Shown: positions 14,841 to 28,052 of the stretch, in pieces
Layout: each line of letters begins with the position of its first letter
How positions within the stretch are numbered: the first letter of the stretch is position 1
Origin: Tubiluchus corallicola
Lineage: Eukaryota > Animalia > Priapulida
Direction of reading: 5' to 3'
DNA: 57,427 bases
NCBI GenBank assembly: GCA_030141605.1
Contig: JAQGDQ010000853.1
Location: forward strand, 29,843-87,269
Notes under the pieces: model-generated
Told to the model about the DNA's origin: nothing
Database searches by the model: none
Seen by the model: only the letters and a program-made list of their open reading frames with translations
Translations under genes and position numbers: made by a program

Positions 14841-15446
14841 TAACAAAATTAATACACAATGAATATATTAATGAATACGTTTTGAATTTTTAAGATCATT
14901 TACCTGGTAATTAGGAAACTAGCTACATGTTCTACGATACTAGTTTTTTAACTGAAATTTCGTGATCAACATCAATGAATTCTGCACATGCGCATATACA
15001 TCCCGGAAAATATACACGGGTTCTAAATTAGCGAAGGTAAAACGTTTTGCATTGAAGATTCTGCACAGAGAAGTAATGAGTTTAATTTTTTAACACAGCA
15101 CAGCGACAATCAACTCTAGATTACATTGTTACATGTTAATTTGCAAGAAATTGTACTGCTTATATAATTTTATCTGATATACTAGGCCCATTAATCGTCT
15201 TTCGTTTTGCAGTTGCTCAAGGACTTCTATATTAGCTGCAATCTAAGCTAATATTATTAGCATATAATTTGCATGGAGATTAAATATGGAGGGATCCCGA
15301 ATGAAGATTCTCTGCCTAACAATTCCATCAAATTCATTTCAAAAATATTTGTTTTAGTTTCTCGCGACTGTCACTTGTAATTTTGATGATAATCGCGTTT
15401 GTAATTTTCCTCTTTTCTGATTGGCTAGCATTTTCATTGTTAAACG

Positions 15447-17080
15447 TTGCTATATCGTCATATCATTGTTTATCGATATGTTGCTATATCATCATATCAT
15501 TGTTTATCGATATGTTGCTATATCATCACATCATTGTTTATCGATATGTTGCTATATCGTCATATCATTGTTTATCAATATGTTGCTATATCGTCATATC
15601 ATTGTTTATCAATATGTTGCTATATCGTCATAACATTGTTTATCAATATGTTGCTATATCGTCATAACATTGTTTATCGATATGTTGCTATATCGTCATA
15701 TCATTGTTTATCGATATGTTGCTATATCGTCATAACATTGTTTATCGATATGTTGCTGTATCGTCATAACATTGTTTATCGATATGTTGCTATATCGTCA
15801 TATCATTGTTTATCGATATGTGGCTATATCGTCATATCATTGTTTATCGATGTGTTGCTATATCGTCATATCATCGTTTATCGATGTGTGGCTATATCGT
15901 CATATCATTGTTTATCGATGTGTTGCTATATCGTCATATCATTGTTTATCGATGTGTGGCTATATCGTCATATCATTGTTTATCGATATGTTGCTATATC
16001 GTCATATCATTTTTTATCAATATGTTGCTATATCGTCATAACATTGTTTATCGATATGTTGCTATATCGTCATATCATTGTTTATCGATATGTGGCTATA
16101 TCGTCATATCATTGTTTATCGATATGTGGCTATATCATCATATCATCGTTTATCGATATGTTGCTATATCGTCATATCATTGTTTATCGATATGTTGCTA
16201 TATCGTCATATCATCGTTTATCGATGTGTTGCTATATCGTCATATCATCGTTTATCGATATGTTGCTATATCGTCATATCATTGTTTATCGATGTGTTGC
16301 TGTATCGTCATATCATTGTTTATCGATGTGTGGCTATATCGTCATATCATTGTTTATCGATGTGTTGCTATATCGTCATATCATTGTTTATCGATGTGTG
16401 GCTATATCGTCATATCATTGTTTATCGATATGTTGCTATATCGTCATATCATTGTTTATCAATATGTTGCTATATCGTCATAACATTGTTTATCGATATG
16501 TTGCTATATCGTCATATCATTGTTTATCGATATGTGGCTATATCGTCATATCATTGTTTATCGATATGTGGCTATATCATCATATCATCGTTTATCGATA
16601 TGTTGCTATATCGTCATATCATTGTTTATCGATATGTTGCTATATCGTCATATCATTGTTTATCGATGTGTTGCTATATCGTCATATCATCGTTTATCGA
16701 TATGTTGCTATATCGTCATATCATTGTTTATCGATATGTTGCTATATCGTCATATCATCGTTTATCGATATGTTGCTATATCGTCATATCATTGTTTATC
16801 GATGTGTTGCTATATCGTCATATCATCGTTTATCGATATGTTGCTATATCGTCATATCATTGTTTATCGATATGTTGCTATATCGTCATATCATTGTTTA
16901 TCGATATGTTGCTATATCGTCATATCATTGTTTATCGATATGTGGCTATATCGTCATATCATCGTTTATCGATATGTTGCTATATCGTCATATCATTGTT
17001 TATCGATATGTGGCTATATCGTCATATCATTGTTTATCAATATGTGGCTATATCGTCATATCATTGTTTATCGATATGTT
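15447..17080. repeat. 34-bp minisatellite, ~48 copies
   Basis: Unit ttgctatatcgtcatatcattgtttatcgatatg. Confidence 0.97.
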
Positions 17081-17247
17081 GTTCCATTTTCCATTATATT
17101 CACTTTGACAGAGAGAATTTTTCATTAGATAAAGTGATATCTTATGAAATATTTATAGCACGTGAATTTATACAGTCACATCAAAACGTTTTTTATTTAA
17201 AACAAGGCAACTTTTATTAAAAATTTTAATTTACAACTGTTTAAAAA

Positions 17248-17297
17248 CATGTCCAAACGTTTCAACAGCAATCAGCCATCATCATCAGTGCTACACG
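17248..17297 (-). ncRNA. Minimal type I hammerhead ribozyme candidate
   Basis: Reverse complement reads cgugu-ag-ca CUGAUGA U GAUGGC ugauu GCUGUU GAAAC GUU ug-g-acaug. Confidence 0.55.
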
Positions 17298-17684
17298 ATA
17301 CAAACAACAATCAGTTTGTCTATCTACCCTAATAAGCCTTCTCTTAATGTGCAAAGTAGTTCAATTCCTTTAACTTTATTTTCAAACACTTAGCTATCTA
17401 TTACTGTATCAGTAAGCCTTCTCTTAATGTGCAAAGTAGTTCAATTCCTTTAACTTTATTTTCAAACACTTAGCTATCTATTACTGTATCAGTAAGCCTT
17501 CTCTTAATGTGCAAAGTAGTTCTATTCCTTTAACTTTATTTTCAAACACTTAGCTATTTGTTACTGTATCAATTTCTTTTCTACTGCTCTGTAGATTCAT
17601 TACTTTGGCTTCTTTGTAAAAATATAATTAGTGCATAATTTTCCATACTGTAGGCTCTGTCTATATGAACTAGTTGTTTGTATA

Positions 17685-17732
17685 ATGTAGCACTGATGAT
17701 GACAGCTGATTGCTGTTGAAACGTTTGGCCAG
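17685..17732 (+). ncRNA. Minimal type I hammerhead ribozyme candidate
   Basis: CUGAUGA-U-GACAGC-ugauu-GCUGUU-GAAA-C-GUU with palindromic AAACGTTT as helix III; helix I is weak in this copy. Confidence 0.55.
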
Positions 17733-19891
17733 GTTTTCAACAACTGTAAATTAAAGTTGTGTTGTTTATTAACTTATAGCATGTTGTACTAAGGGATACG
17801 AAAATGACCAGCCCGAGAAATTTGATACAGTAGTGTTAATTGTTCATGACTGTACCTTAATGACAGCTTAGCTGTTACTTCATAAATTTTTGCTTACTAG
17901 TATCAACAGTTCTTTCAGTACATTGTCCATATTTTGCACACCACTGTCCACAATTAGTTAGGAAGATTAATTAGTGGCAACTGAAGACAGCAATTCTTAC
18001 GTCACAGACTAACGACAGTTTGTGCAATGGTGAGAATCTTCGCTGCACGCCAAGCACGTTTGCGTAAGCGAAGATTGCTATAAGACACTGATGTGATGTC
18101 ATGAAAATGAACTCTGCATCACACTGACGTTACAGATGAACATTGTCGTTCATAATCATGCCTGTCACTGTACAGCGCCTATTTGTCGGCCTCGTGAATG
18201 TGACAAAAAGGCGTCATTGCCAGTCTTAGCGGATTCGCTGAGCCGCGCAAAGCTTTAAAAGTTTAACAAATTTAACTATCCGAGGTAATTATTATTTAAT
18301 CCAAGCTTTGATTGAAAAGATGGTTGTAGTTTTCAATATTTTAGAGCATGGTTTGTTTTGAACTAATGTCTAAACAATCGTCCTGTTTTCGGTTAATTCA
18401 AGTAACTAATTTGCTAGCGAGAGAATACAACCGTTGATGTTACTAGTCAATCGAGTGAGCATGCAGTTTTCATTGAAACAATTTTATGGTAGAGAATTCC
18501 ACAGATAAGAAGCCCGCGGAAGAGAATAAATTCGAAATGAGAAAAGTAAGTGTTACAAACAAAATTGAAGATCGTGAATAGAAACAATATTTAATTCTAA
18601 CATACAAACTATTCGAAATTTCTATTATGTCTGTTAATTCACTTTCATAGAATACCATCATTCTTCTTTATCATTGTTTTCTTTCTCGTTATTGTTTTGC
18701 TGAGTAATTATCTTGCTTTTAAGTAAAATGGAATTTGGTTTTATTTCTTCCCATGCAGAACAATTTTATTTCGTTTCTCGTAAACTGCATCAGATTCTTG
18801 CAATAGGAGACTGACTAACACAGATTAATGTTTCACAATTCAGCTTTTCAGAAGCAGCAATGAAAAACGTGTTTCAAGAAATATTCTAATAGCTTTTGCC
18901 ACTCCATTACGTGGCAGCGTAGCTCATTAAATAAAGGCTCTAAATGTGCAAGACAGTTTTTACTCCCATTCTTGCTATTGAAATCATGTTAGTTTGTGAT
19001 GTCATCAACAGTTATGTTCACTTGCCGTTAATTGAGTTTTTAATCCATTACTTAATTATCAGAACAGCTTCTGCAGTATTATAGGTTTTGAGATGTAAAC
19101 ATTTTATTGGACTAGAAAATGGGGTAGTGTATGAAAAAAATCATCCTGTCTTCCTCTAAATCTAACAGGGAAACTTGGAAACTTTTTAATAAGTTTCTAA
19201 AGTCAAAATTTGAACTAAAATATCGTTGGAGCAGTAAAATGAGATGATGAGTTCATCCTGTCTTTTCTAAAGGAAAACTGGTTATCTTTAGTCATAATCA
19301 TCCTGTCTTCTTTTAAATGAAAACTGGTTATCTTTAGTCATAAGCTGCATCTTGACTTACTGCTAAGCTCGTCGTCTCATAAGTCAGCTAGCTAGTGACT
19401 CGTCGAGATTTATCTAATTAATTACTACTTAATTAACCAACGAGATTGTCAATATGATTGCTTGATCAATATTAGCAGCTGATTAACTTTATGAAAGCAC
19501 TTTTCCTTCGTGCACAATAGAGGATGACCTATCAGCTTCATGTCACCATAGTAACGTTTCGGTTGACATTGATTTGAAATGTGGCCTGTCAAGTGTTGGC
19601 TAAGTGCGTTACACTTTCAAAGGTTTATTAGGTTAACGGTCATTATTGAATGTCTGAAAGCTCTGGTCTAGAAACGTGGATCAAATGGCTGAATCTAGGA
19701 GAATACATCGTATCTGTCAGCTGCTCTTGACATTTCTTTCATTGTTATTTGATGCTGGTCGTAGGGTTGCCACTCCGCCATGAATAGAAGTCAAGAGTCA
19801 AGAGCTAGGGGGTTTTCAAGCTCTCCCCGGGGGCGCGGGATGCAATTCCGAAAACCAAACATTTCCAGTATTTTAGATGTTTCCTGGGGTC

Positions 19892-21520
19892 TTTACTTTA
19901 GACATTTACATGTTGTCTCAGAATCTGAAAAACATTTGAAAGAATTACATTTACAATCAGCTTCATGAATATTTCAACTAAAACTGCAATATCACAACTG
20001 GACTTCCTCAAGGTTCTGTTCTCGGTCCCATTTTGTTTTTAATTTATATTAATGATTAATGATTTATGCATTTCTAATATTTTCCATCCAGTACAGCTTT
20101 CGTACGAAGCAGCACTCCACAGAGCTTTCTGCAGCAGAATTAGTAGACCATATTATTAATGGGTTCAATTGCGGTGAACAATTTCTAGTCATTTTTATGG
20201 ATTTACGCAACGCTTTTGATTTGCTAGACCACGCAATTTTGCTTCATAAACTCAGATATTACCGTTTGGCTAATAATTCTATAGCACTGCTCTCCAGTTA
20301 CCTTGAATAATCGAAAACCGTATACACGTTGAGTTTAATTATTCATACTCACAACTCTGCAATATCATAACTGGAGTCCCTCAAGGTTCTGTTCTGGGTC
20401 CTCTTTTGTTTTTAATTTATATTAATGATTTGGAATCTGTCAGTAACTTGTTGAGTTTAATGATTCATACTCACAATCACAACTCTGCAATATCACAACT
20501 GGACTCCCTCAAGGTTCTGTCCTCTTTTGTTTTTAATTTATATTAATGATTTGGAATCTGACAGTAACTTGTTGAGTTTAATGATTCATACTCACAACTC
20601 TACAATATCACAACTGGACTCCCTCAAGGTTCTGTTCTCGGTCCTCTTTTGTTTTTAATTTATATTAATGATTTGGAATCTGTCAGTAACTTGTTGAGTT
20701 TAATGATTCATACTCACAACTCTGCAATATCACAACTGGACTCCCTCAAGGTTCTGTTCTCGGTCCTCTTTTGTTTTTAATTTATATTAATGATTTGGAA
20801 TCTGTCAGTAACTTGTTGAGTTTAATGATTCATACTCATACTCACAACTCTGCAATATCACAACTGGACTTCCTCAAGGTTCTGTTCTCTGTCCTTTGTC
20901 CTCTTTTGTTTTTAATTTATATTAATGATTTGGAATCTGTCAGTAACTTGTTGAGTTTAATAATTCATACTCACAATCACAACTCTGCAATACCACAACT
21001 GGACTTCCTCAAGGTTCTGTTCTCGGTCCTCTTTTGTTTTTAATTTATATTAATGATTTGGAATCTGCAGTAACTTGTTTATTATCAAAATGTACGTGTG
21101 TGATGTAGTTATCCTTCCAAGGTCTGTTCTCTTCCTTTGGCTTCCTCTTTTCAAAAATGACAAATAACATCAATTCTGAACTTTATCTAATTAATGAATG
21201 ATTAAAAACAAATAAATGATCGTTAAACGTGGAAAAGACTAAATTTATGCTGTTTCATAGTCAACGCAGCTGTAATATACCTCATGTAAATATCAGAATT
21301 GATAATTGTTACTTCGATGAAATTTCATCCTCGTCATTTCTGGATTTAATTATAAACGAAACTCTTTGGTGGGCGGATCACATTCATTCTCTTGCTGTTA
21401 AAATAGCATAGTCCATTGGAGATATGAATAAAACTAATAATGTTCTTTCTTAACACGTAATTCGTACCTTATATCACTCTTTGGTCTTGTCACGTGTTAA
21501 TTCTGAGTTGTTAAATTGTT
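19892..21520 (+). mobile_element. Decayed CR1/L2-group LINE reverse transcriptase with an internal ~118-bp tandem expansion
   Basis: QYSFRTKQHSTE...IFMDLRNAFDLLDHAILLHKL (RT motif A region), [20 protein letters not shown] repeated ~6 times at 20328-21079, then LNVEKTKFMLF...W..HI; many stops and frameshifts. Confidence 0.85.
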
Positions 21521-21730
21521 GCTAGGGTGTTAAATATGACAACAATCCGTCCTAATTGTCACTCATTCACTGTATCTTACACACACAGAACTATTACGTG
21601 ATTTGTTTCTAATGAGGAAACTCCGGATGTTTTTTGATTCCCTACTTCCGCAATTCTCTACTTCCACATTTTTTTACTAACTTGAATATTTCCAGGAGGC
21701 AAGATGCTCACGATTATAACGCCAAGAACA

Positions 21731-23420
21731 GTTAACCTTAGGATTTGAACTCAGAACTTTGTGCTAACAGAGTATGTTAACCTTAGGATTTGAACTCAGA
21801 ACTTTGTGCTAACAGAGTATGTTAACTTTAGGATTTGAACTCAGAACTTTGTGCTAACAGAGTATGTTAATTTTAGGATTTGAACTCAGAACTTTGTGCT
21901 AACAGAGTATGTTAATTTTAGGATTTGAACTCAGAACTTTGTACTAACAGAGTATGTTAACCTTAGGATTTGAACTCAGAACTTTGTACTAACACGGTAA
22001 GTTAACTTTAGGATTTGAATTCAGAACTTTGTACTAACAGAGTATGTTAACCTTAGGATTTGAACTCAGAACTTTGTGCTAACAGAGTATGTTAACCTTA
22101 GGATTTGAACTCAGAACTTTGTGCTAACACAGTATGTTAACCTTAGGATTTGAACTCAGAACTTTGTGCTAACAGAGTATGTTAACCTTAGGATTTGAAT
22201 TCAGAACTTTGTGCTAACAGAGTATGTTAACTTTAGGATTTGAACTCAGAACTTTGTGCTAACAGAGTATGTTAACCTTAGGATTTGAATTCAGAACTTT
22301 GTGCTAACACAGTATGTTAACTTTAGGATTTGAACTCAGAACTTTGCGCTAACACAGTACGTTAACCTTAGGATTTGAACTCAGAACTTTGTACTAACAC
22401 AGTATGTTAACCTTAGGATTTGAACTCAGAACTTTGTGCTAACACAGTATGTTAACCTTAGGATTTGAACTCAGAACTTTGTGCTAACAGAGTATGTTAA
22501 CCTTAGGATTTGAATTCAGAACTTTGTGCTAACAGAGTATGTTAACTTTAGGATTTGAACTCAGAACTTTGTGCTAACAGAGTATGTTAACCTTAGGATT
22601 TGAATTCAGAACTTTGTGCTAACACAGTATGTTAACCTTAGGATTTGAACTCAGAACTTTGTGCTAACACAGTATGTTAACCTTAGGATTTGAACTCAGA
22701 ACTTTGTACTAACACAGTATGTTAACCTTAGGATTTGAACTCAGAACTTTGTGCTAACACAGTATGTTAACCTTAGGATTTGAACTCAGAACTTTGTGCT
22801 AACACAGTATGTTAACCTTAGGATTTGAACTCAGAACTTTTGTGCTAACACAGTATGTTAACTTTAGGATTTGAACTCAGAACTTTGCGCTAACACAGTA
22901 TGTTAACCTTAGGATTTGAACTCAGAACTTTGTACTAACACAGTATGTTAACCTTAGGATTTGAACTCAGAACTTTGTGCTAACACAGTATGTTAACCTT
23001 AGGATTTGAACTCAGAACTTTGTGCTAACACAGTATGTTAACCTTAGGATTTGAACTCAGAACTTTGTACTAACAGAGTATGTTAACTTTAGGATTTGAA
23101 CTCAGAACTTTGTACTAACAGAGTATGTTAACCTTAGGATTTGAACTCAGAACTTTGTGCTAACACAGTATGTTAACCTTAGGATTTGAACTCAGAACTT
23201 TGTGCTAACACAGTATGTTAACCTTAGGATTTGAACTCAGAACTTTGTGCTAACACAGTAAGTTAACCTTAGGATTTGAACTCAGAACTTTGTACTAACA
23301 CAGTATGTTAACCTTAGGATTTGAACTCAGAACTTTGTGCTAACACAGTATGTTAACCTTAGGATTTGAACTCAGAACTTTGTACTAACAGAATTTGCTA
23401 AGTTTAGGATTTGAACTCAC
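21731..23420. repeat. 45-bp minisatellite, ~37 copies
   Basis: Unit gttaaccttaggatttgaactcagaactttgtgctaacasagtat. Confidence 0.97.
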
Positions 23421-23895
23421 AATGTCTGTTCCAGATATAACCCAATGACATAATGTAAATTTAAGGTAGTTGCATAAAGACTCTATGATTGTTTACATTC
23501 TGTGTGTAATAAACATCGCGTTTTTCTACAACTGCAAAAAACTACTGCTGGATTAACGTTCTATGTTCTGTCATGCAGTGACACTCAATAATACGCAAGC
23601 ATTCCCTGTAGTATTCGGAAACATTGGCTTCTCTTTAATAAGCACAAACACATTGGGATTTGAATGTTTCTCAATTTGCGACAGTCAGTCGTGAACGTCA
23701 TTAGAGACCTGCTTCATTCATCTAAGCAACGTGAACGGAAATATTGATATAAACATATCAGCTTTTCCTGCAAGGGCAATAAACTTTGAGAAACTGAAAA
23801 CAAACTTCGTACCTTGTAAGTAATTATAGTTATAATAATTATAGTTTTTAAAAAGTAGTTAGTATTACGTCTTTAATATAGAAATTTTGTGGCAT

Positions 23896-24442
23896 TTAAA
23901 CGAAAACCTGACCCAATTGCAGGTCAAAACAATCAACTCTTTAAATATTGAAAGGAAACATGCTATTTTTCAAGAATGACTTACGTGAAAGAATTATTAC
24001 CACACAAACGCAATTTCGTGTTCATGCTCCTAGTTCTTCAGTGTTACATGCGTTTTGCCATTCGTTTGTTAGACGGGTACTAGCGCCTGCTTCTCAGAAC
24101 AGCGTGCTGTACATCTGAATTGAATGGTGTTCAGTGGTGACGTAGTACACACCTTCGAGAAGTTACTCGTTGAGCTGAACATGTGAATTTTAGACTTGCG
24201 TTGCGTTATACTACAATTTTTCTTATTGTAAACACGTTCAACACGTGGAATGTTTGTGTTGTTGAAAATTATGTTCGTTTGTGATGTCATCAGTAGTTGG
24301 GTTTGCATCTGCCGTAAATAATCTGTTATTTTATTACTAGAACGCTTTGGCATTATTAGTACATGTTAAAATGTGTACTTTTTCCCGTACTTGGGGCAGG
24401 TTGGGGTAGCATGTTGGAAAATCACGCTGTTTTACTTTTAAG
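23896..24442 (+). mobile_element. ~550-600 bp non-autonomous DNA element (Kolobok-like family), copy
   Basis: Shares aaaacaatc..tttaaatattgaaaggaaac..gaattattaccacacaaac..gtttgtgatgtcatca..ggggtag..aaaaatc with other copies in the window. Confidence 0.6.
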
Positions 24443-24629
24443 GAGCTAATGTCTAAAAAACGATATTAATCTTTAACATATTATCGGTATGAAGAAGAGA
24501 ACGTACAAAAAAATAATAAAAATTAACGCGTACATCCTTTATGAAACAAGAGTGCCAGACGGCATGCGTGGCGCAACTAATTGTAAACTATTATAATATT
24601 CTGAGAAATTCGAGTGTGCTGACACCAAA

Positions 24630-25370
24630 CATGTTACATTTTAACAGAATTATTACCACACAAACGAATCACGTTCGCGCCGCTAGTTCTTCCCATTACA
24701 TACATTCTTTGAAAATCTCTATAGCAGCCATCATGAAATTCAAAATGGCGGCTGTCAGTGTCCAAATTTTGCTCTGATTTCTGAGTATAAGTTGGGTAGC
24801 ATGTATTTAGGTGGGCACTAGCATCTGCTTTTCGGAAACGCGTTGCACACAAGGCGTGTGGTATACCTTTCAATTCAGCACCATTCGTTTGTGACGTAAT
24901 ACACACGTTCGAAAGCTTATGGTGAGCAGAGCGGTAAATTTGAAATTTCACCTTTTATCTTAAGATTTGTCCAGTTTTTGTGTATTGTACTGAATGTTGG
25001 AGAGCAGCACAAAAACAGGTGCTGTACTTCTCCGTTCTGACGTGTTAGTTTGTGACGAACTACGCGCGTTCGACAGCTGATGCGCGAGTACAGCGGTAAA
25101 TTTGGAATTTAAATTTTGACCTTAAAACCTGCCTAGTTTTAGTACAACACATTGAATATCTTACAGTAGCACTGTACTTCAATTTTCACTTTTGCAAACA
25201 CGTGCAACACGCTCATGAAATACTTTTGCTGTTGAAAATTATGTTCGTTTGTGAAGCCACAACAGTTGGGCTCGCCGGGCGTTTTATGTATTATTTAACA
25301 ATCAGAAATGCAGTGTTAATTGTATTATTAAAATGTATACTTTTATCGCATTTGAAAATGGGGTAGTATG
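24630..25370 (+). mobile_element. Same family, rearranged copy
   Basis: gaattattaccacacaaac, gcactagc, gtttgtgacg (twice), cagtagcactgtacttcaatttt, aaaatggggtagta. Confidence 0.55.
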
Positions 25371-25764
25371 TCCTGGCTTCCTTTAGCTCAGCTGAAGCCA
25401 AGTTGAAGCCAAGATGAATAAAGAGCATGAAGTAACAGCTGTTGTTAATGCTTATTTTATAATACCCTCCGCTGCAATATTTACTGCTCATCTAGAGAAA
25501 TCAAAATCATATTTCACCTCTGGGATTTATTCATGAGACCCGAATGCGTCAGTAGGAAAGACATTATTGATCATTTTTATATAGATTTATGCAGTAGAAA
25601 GTGCAATCAACAGGCCAGTATGGAGGGGGGGGGGGGCTGGAAAGGGCATTGAAACTAGAAAGATTTACGATATTACTGCGTTTAACTATCGAGTCAAACT
25701 ATTACATGTGCTTCATAAACGCCATGTAAATGTAGGCATTTTGCACAGCAATAAAACGTTTATT

Positions 25765-27976
25765 GGGGAGAAAAATTGAACTGAATTGAGTCATAATTCA
25801 AGTTTGGATCTACAAGAGAACTGACAATGAACCCTGGGTACACTAAACTGCCTGAGGGTAGAAAAATTGAACTGAATTGAGTCATAATAATTCAAGTTTG
25901 GATCTACAAGAGAACTGGCAATGAACCCTGGGTACACTAAACTGCCTGAGGGTAGAAAAATTGAACTGAATTGAGTCATAATTCAAGTTTGGATCTACAA
26001 GAGAACTGGCAATGAACCCTGGGTACACTAAACTGCCTGAGGGTAGAAAAATTGAACTGAATTGAGTCATAATTCAAGTTTGGATCTACAAGAGAACTGA
26101 CAATGAACCCTGGGTACACTAAACTGCCTGAGAGGAGAAAAATTGAACTGAATTGAGTCATAATTCAAGTTTGGATCTACAAGAGTTCTGGCAATGAACC
26201 CTGGGTACACTAAACTGTCTGAGAGGAGAAAAATTGAACTGAATTGAGTCATAATTCAAGTTTGGATCTACAAGAGTACTGGCAATGAACCCTGGGTACA
26301 CTAAACTGCCTGTGGGGAGAAAAATTGAACTGAATTGAGTCATAATTCAAGTTTAGATCTACAAGAGAACTGACAATGAACCCTGGGTACACGAAACTGC
26401 CTGCGAGGAGAAAAATTGAACTGAATTGAGTCATAATTCAAGTTTGGATCTACAAGAGTACTGGCAATGAACCCTGGGTACACTAAACTGTCTGAGAGGA
26501 GAAAAATTGAACTGAATTGAGTCATAATTCAAGTTTGGATCTACAAGAGTTCTGGCAATGAACCCTGGGTACACTAAACTGTCTGAGAGGAGAAAAATTG
26601 AACTGAATTGAGTCATAATTCAAGTTTGGATCTACAAGAGTACTGGCAATGAACCCTGGGTACACTAAACTGCCTGTGGGGAGAAAAATTGAACTGAATT
26701 GAGTCATAATTCAAGTTTAGATCTACAAGAGAACTGACAATGAACCCTGGGTACACGAAACTGCCTGCGAGGAGAAAAATTGAACTGAATTGAGTCATAA
26801 TTCAAGTTTGGATCTACAAGAGTACTGGCAATGAACCCTGGGTACACTAAACTGTCTGAGGGGAGAAAAATTGAACTGAATTGAGTCATAATTCAAGTTT
26901 GGATCTACAAGAGTACTGGCAATGAACCCTGGGTACACTAAACTGCCTGAGGGGAGAAAAATTGAACTGAATTGAGTCATAATTCAAGTTTGGATCTACA
27001 AGAGAACTGACAATGAACCCTGGATACACTAAACTGTCTGAGAGGAGAAAAATTGAACTGAATTGAGTCATAATTCAAGTTTGGATCTACAAGAGAACTG
27101 GCAATGAACCCTGGGTACACTAAACTGCCTGAGGGGAGAAAAATTGAACTGAATTGAGTCATAATTCATGTTTGGATCTACAAGAGAACTGGCAATGAAC
27201 CCTGGGTACACTAAACTGCCTGAGGGGAGAAAAATTGAACTGAATTGAGTCATAATTCAAGTTTGGATCTACAAGAGTACTGGCAATGAACCCTGGGTAC
27301 ACTAAACTGTCTGAGGGGAGAAAAATTGAACTGAATTGAGTCATAATTCAAGTTTGGATCTACAAGAGTACTGGCAATGAACCCTGGGTACACTAAACTG
27401 CCTGAGGGGAGAAAAATTGAACTGAATTGAGTCATAATTCAAGTTTGGATCTACAAGAGTTCTGGCAATGAACCCTGGGTACACTAAACTGCCTGCGAGG
27501 AGAAAAATTGAACTGAATTGAGTCATAATTCAAGTTTGGATCTACAAGAGTACTGGCAATGAACCCTGGGTACACTAAACTGTCTGAGGGGAGAAAAATT
27601 GAACTGAATTGAGTCATAATTCAAGTTTGGATCTACAAGAGAACTGACAATGAACCCTGGATACACTAAACTGTCTGAGAGGAGAAAAATTGAACTGAAT
27701 TGAGTCATAATTCAAGTTTGGATCTACAAGAGAACTGGCAATGAACCCTGGGTACACTAAACTGCCTGTGGGGAGAAAAATTGAACTGAATTGAGTCATA
27801 ATTCAAGTTTGGATCTACAAGAGTACTGGCAATGAACCCTGGGTACACTAAACTGCCTGAGGGGAGAAAAATTGAACTGAATTGAGTCATAATTCAAGTT
27901 TGGATCTACAAGAGAACTGACAATGAACCCTGGGTACACTAAACTGCCTGAGGGGAGAAAAATTGAACTGAATTGA
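25765..27976. repeat. 91-bp satellite, ~24 copies
   Basis: Unit gagaaaaattgaactgaattgagtcataattcaagtttggatctacaagagaactggcaatgaaccctgggtacactaaactgcctgaggg; the ORF track recurs every 91 bp. Confidence 0.98.
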
Positions 27977-28052
27977 ACTGAAACTAGGCATTCCCAATCA
28001 AGAGATACCTGGCTTCCAATTTTAACCGAAGGAGTGGTGGATTTGGGTAAAA

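Larger units (their letters stand above)
17212..17760. mobile_element. Penelope-like element pseudo-LTR remnant: inverted pair, each arm with a hammerhead-like core
   Basis: ~85-bp inverted arms at 17228-17310 and 17671-17752, each reading ctgatga-t-stemII-gaaacgttt; AATAAA distal to the minus-strand arm; three 80-bp units inside (17331-17572). Confidence 0.65.

Noticed and set aside
17228-17752. MITE interpretation of the inverted arms
   Set aside because: No TSD seen, and the same arm occurs in direct orientation at 46.9 and 50.9 kb, which fits a PLE pseudo-LTR better
21731-27976. CRISPR-like appearance of regular repeats
   Set aside because: Head-to-tail units without unique spacers, no cas genes, eukaryotic context
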